Positions 63,528 through 64,000 of a DNA stretch of 64,000 nt are shown in pieces. Every line of letters starts with the position of its first letter. Position 1 is the first letter of the stretch. The position numbers were made by a program, and so were the translations under genes. A model generated the notes under the pieces. That model made no database searches, was not told where the DNA came from, and worked only from the letters and a program-made list of their open reading frames with translations. The DNA is taken from assembly GCF_009914755.1 (NCBI RefSeq), contig NC_060927.1. One strand, 5' to 3'. Source of the stretch: the human T2T-CHM13v2.0 reference genome, Homo sapiens.

Positions 63528-64000
63528 AGATATCACTATTTGCAACCCCTAATGAAATAATGGAGCTAAACCATTATCATTGATGATAACAGCACAAAAA
63601 GAGAAACAACCAGATACTGTGCCTCCTATTGTAAGTCCACACTAATCCCTATATATTTTTTTTAAATTTCAAACCTGATCTGATCAAGCCTCTACATTCA
63701 GTTAACCATTTATAGAAATACAAGGGACCAAGTAAGATGTTAATTGAACTATGAGGGTACAATCGACAAACTCTAGACTGTGGAAATTCTTCAGGACGAA
63801 GAAATTGCAAGTAAAATTTTTAATAATTAGGAGAAAAATAGAAAGGGAAGGCAGAACTAATAGACAGAAAGAGACTTAAGATTGCACTGTACCGAATTTA
63901 TTGGGATCCTGACTCATACAAATGAGAAGAGGGTGATGGATGAAGGAAGAAGGAGGGACGAAGAGGAGGAGTAGGAAGAGAAAGAGACACAGAGGATGAG

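Overview
Primate genomic DNA, most likely human, containing the 5' half of ENTPD3 (NTPDase3/CD39L3) on the + strand. The gene part comprises a CpG-rich promoter and non-coding exon 1 (~40.25-40.33 kb) and three coding exons (41127-41166, 45080-45207, 53958-54075). These splice in frame to [95 protein letters not shown](G): cytoplasmic N-terminus, TM1 and apyrase conserved region 1. The remaining exons lie beyond the right edge. Most of the rest is transposon-derived: an ERV1 (MER41-type) internal region and LTR, nested L1s, about 20 Alus, L2/MIR, MaLR/ERVL LTRs and hAT/Tigger DNA elements. Apart from the ORF that spans exon 3, the ORF-track entries are repeat-derived or chance frames. I see no novel protein-coding system. 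The most notable observations are: (1) a MER41B LTR that lacks U5 and ends in an A-tract ~19 nt after AATAAA, as expected for an L1-made retrocopy, while keeping two GAS-type sites; (2) two perfect 17-bp hairpins; (3) several local templated-copy scars (91-bp inverted copy, ~155-bp old direct copy, perfect 65-bp tandem duplication); (4) long GGAA/purine tracts ~10 kb upstream of the promoter. Repeat subfamily names come from recalled consensus sequences and need RepeatMasker/Dfam confirmation. Boundaries of old repeats are approximate.
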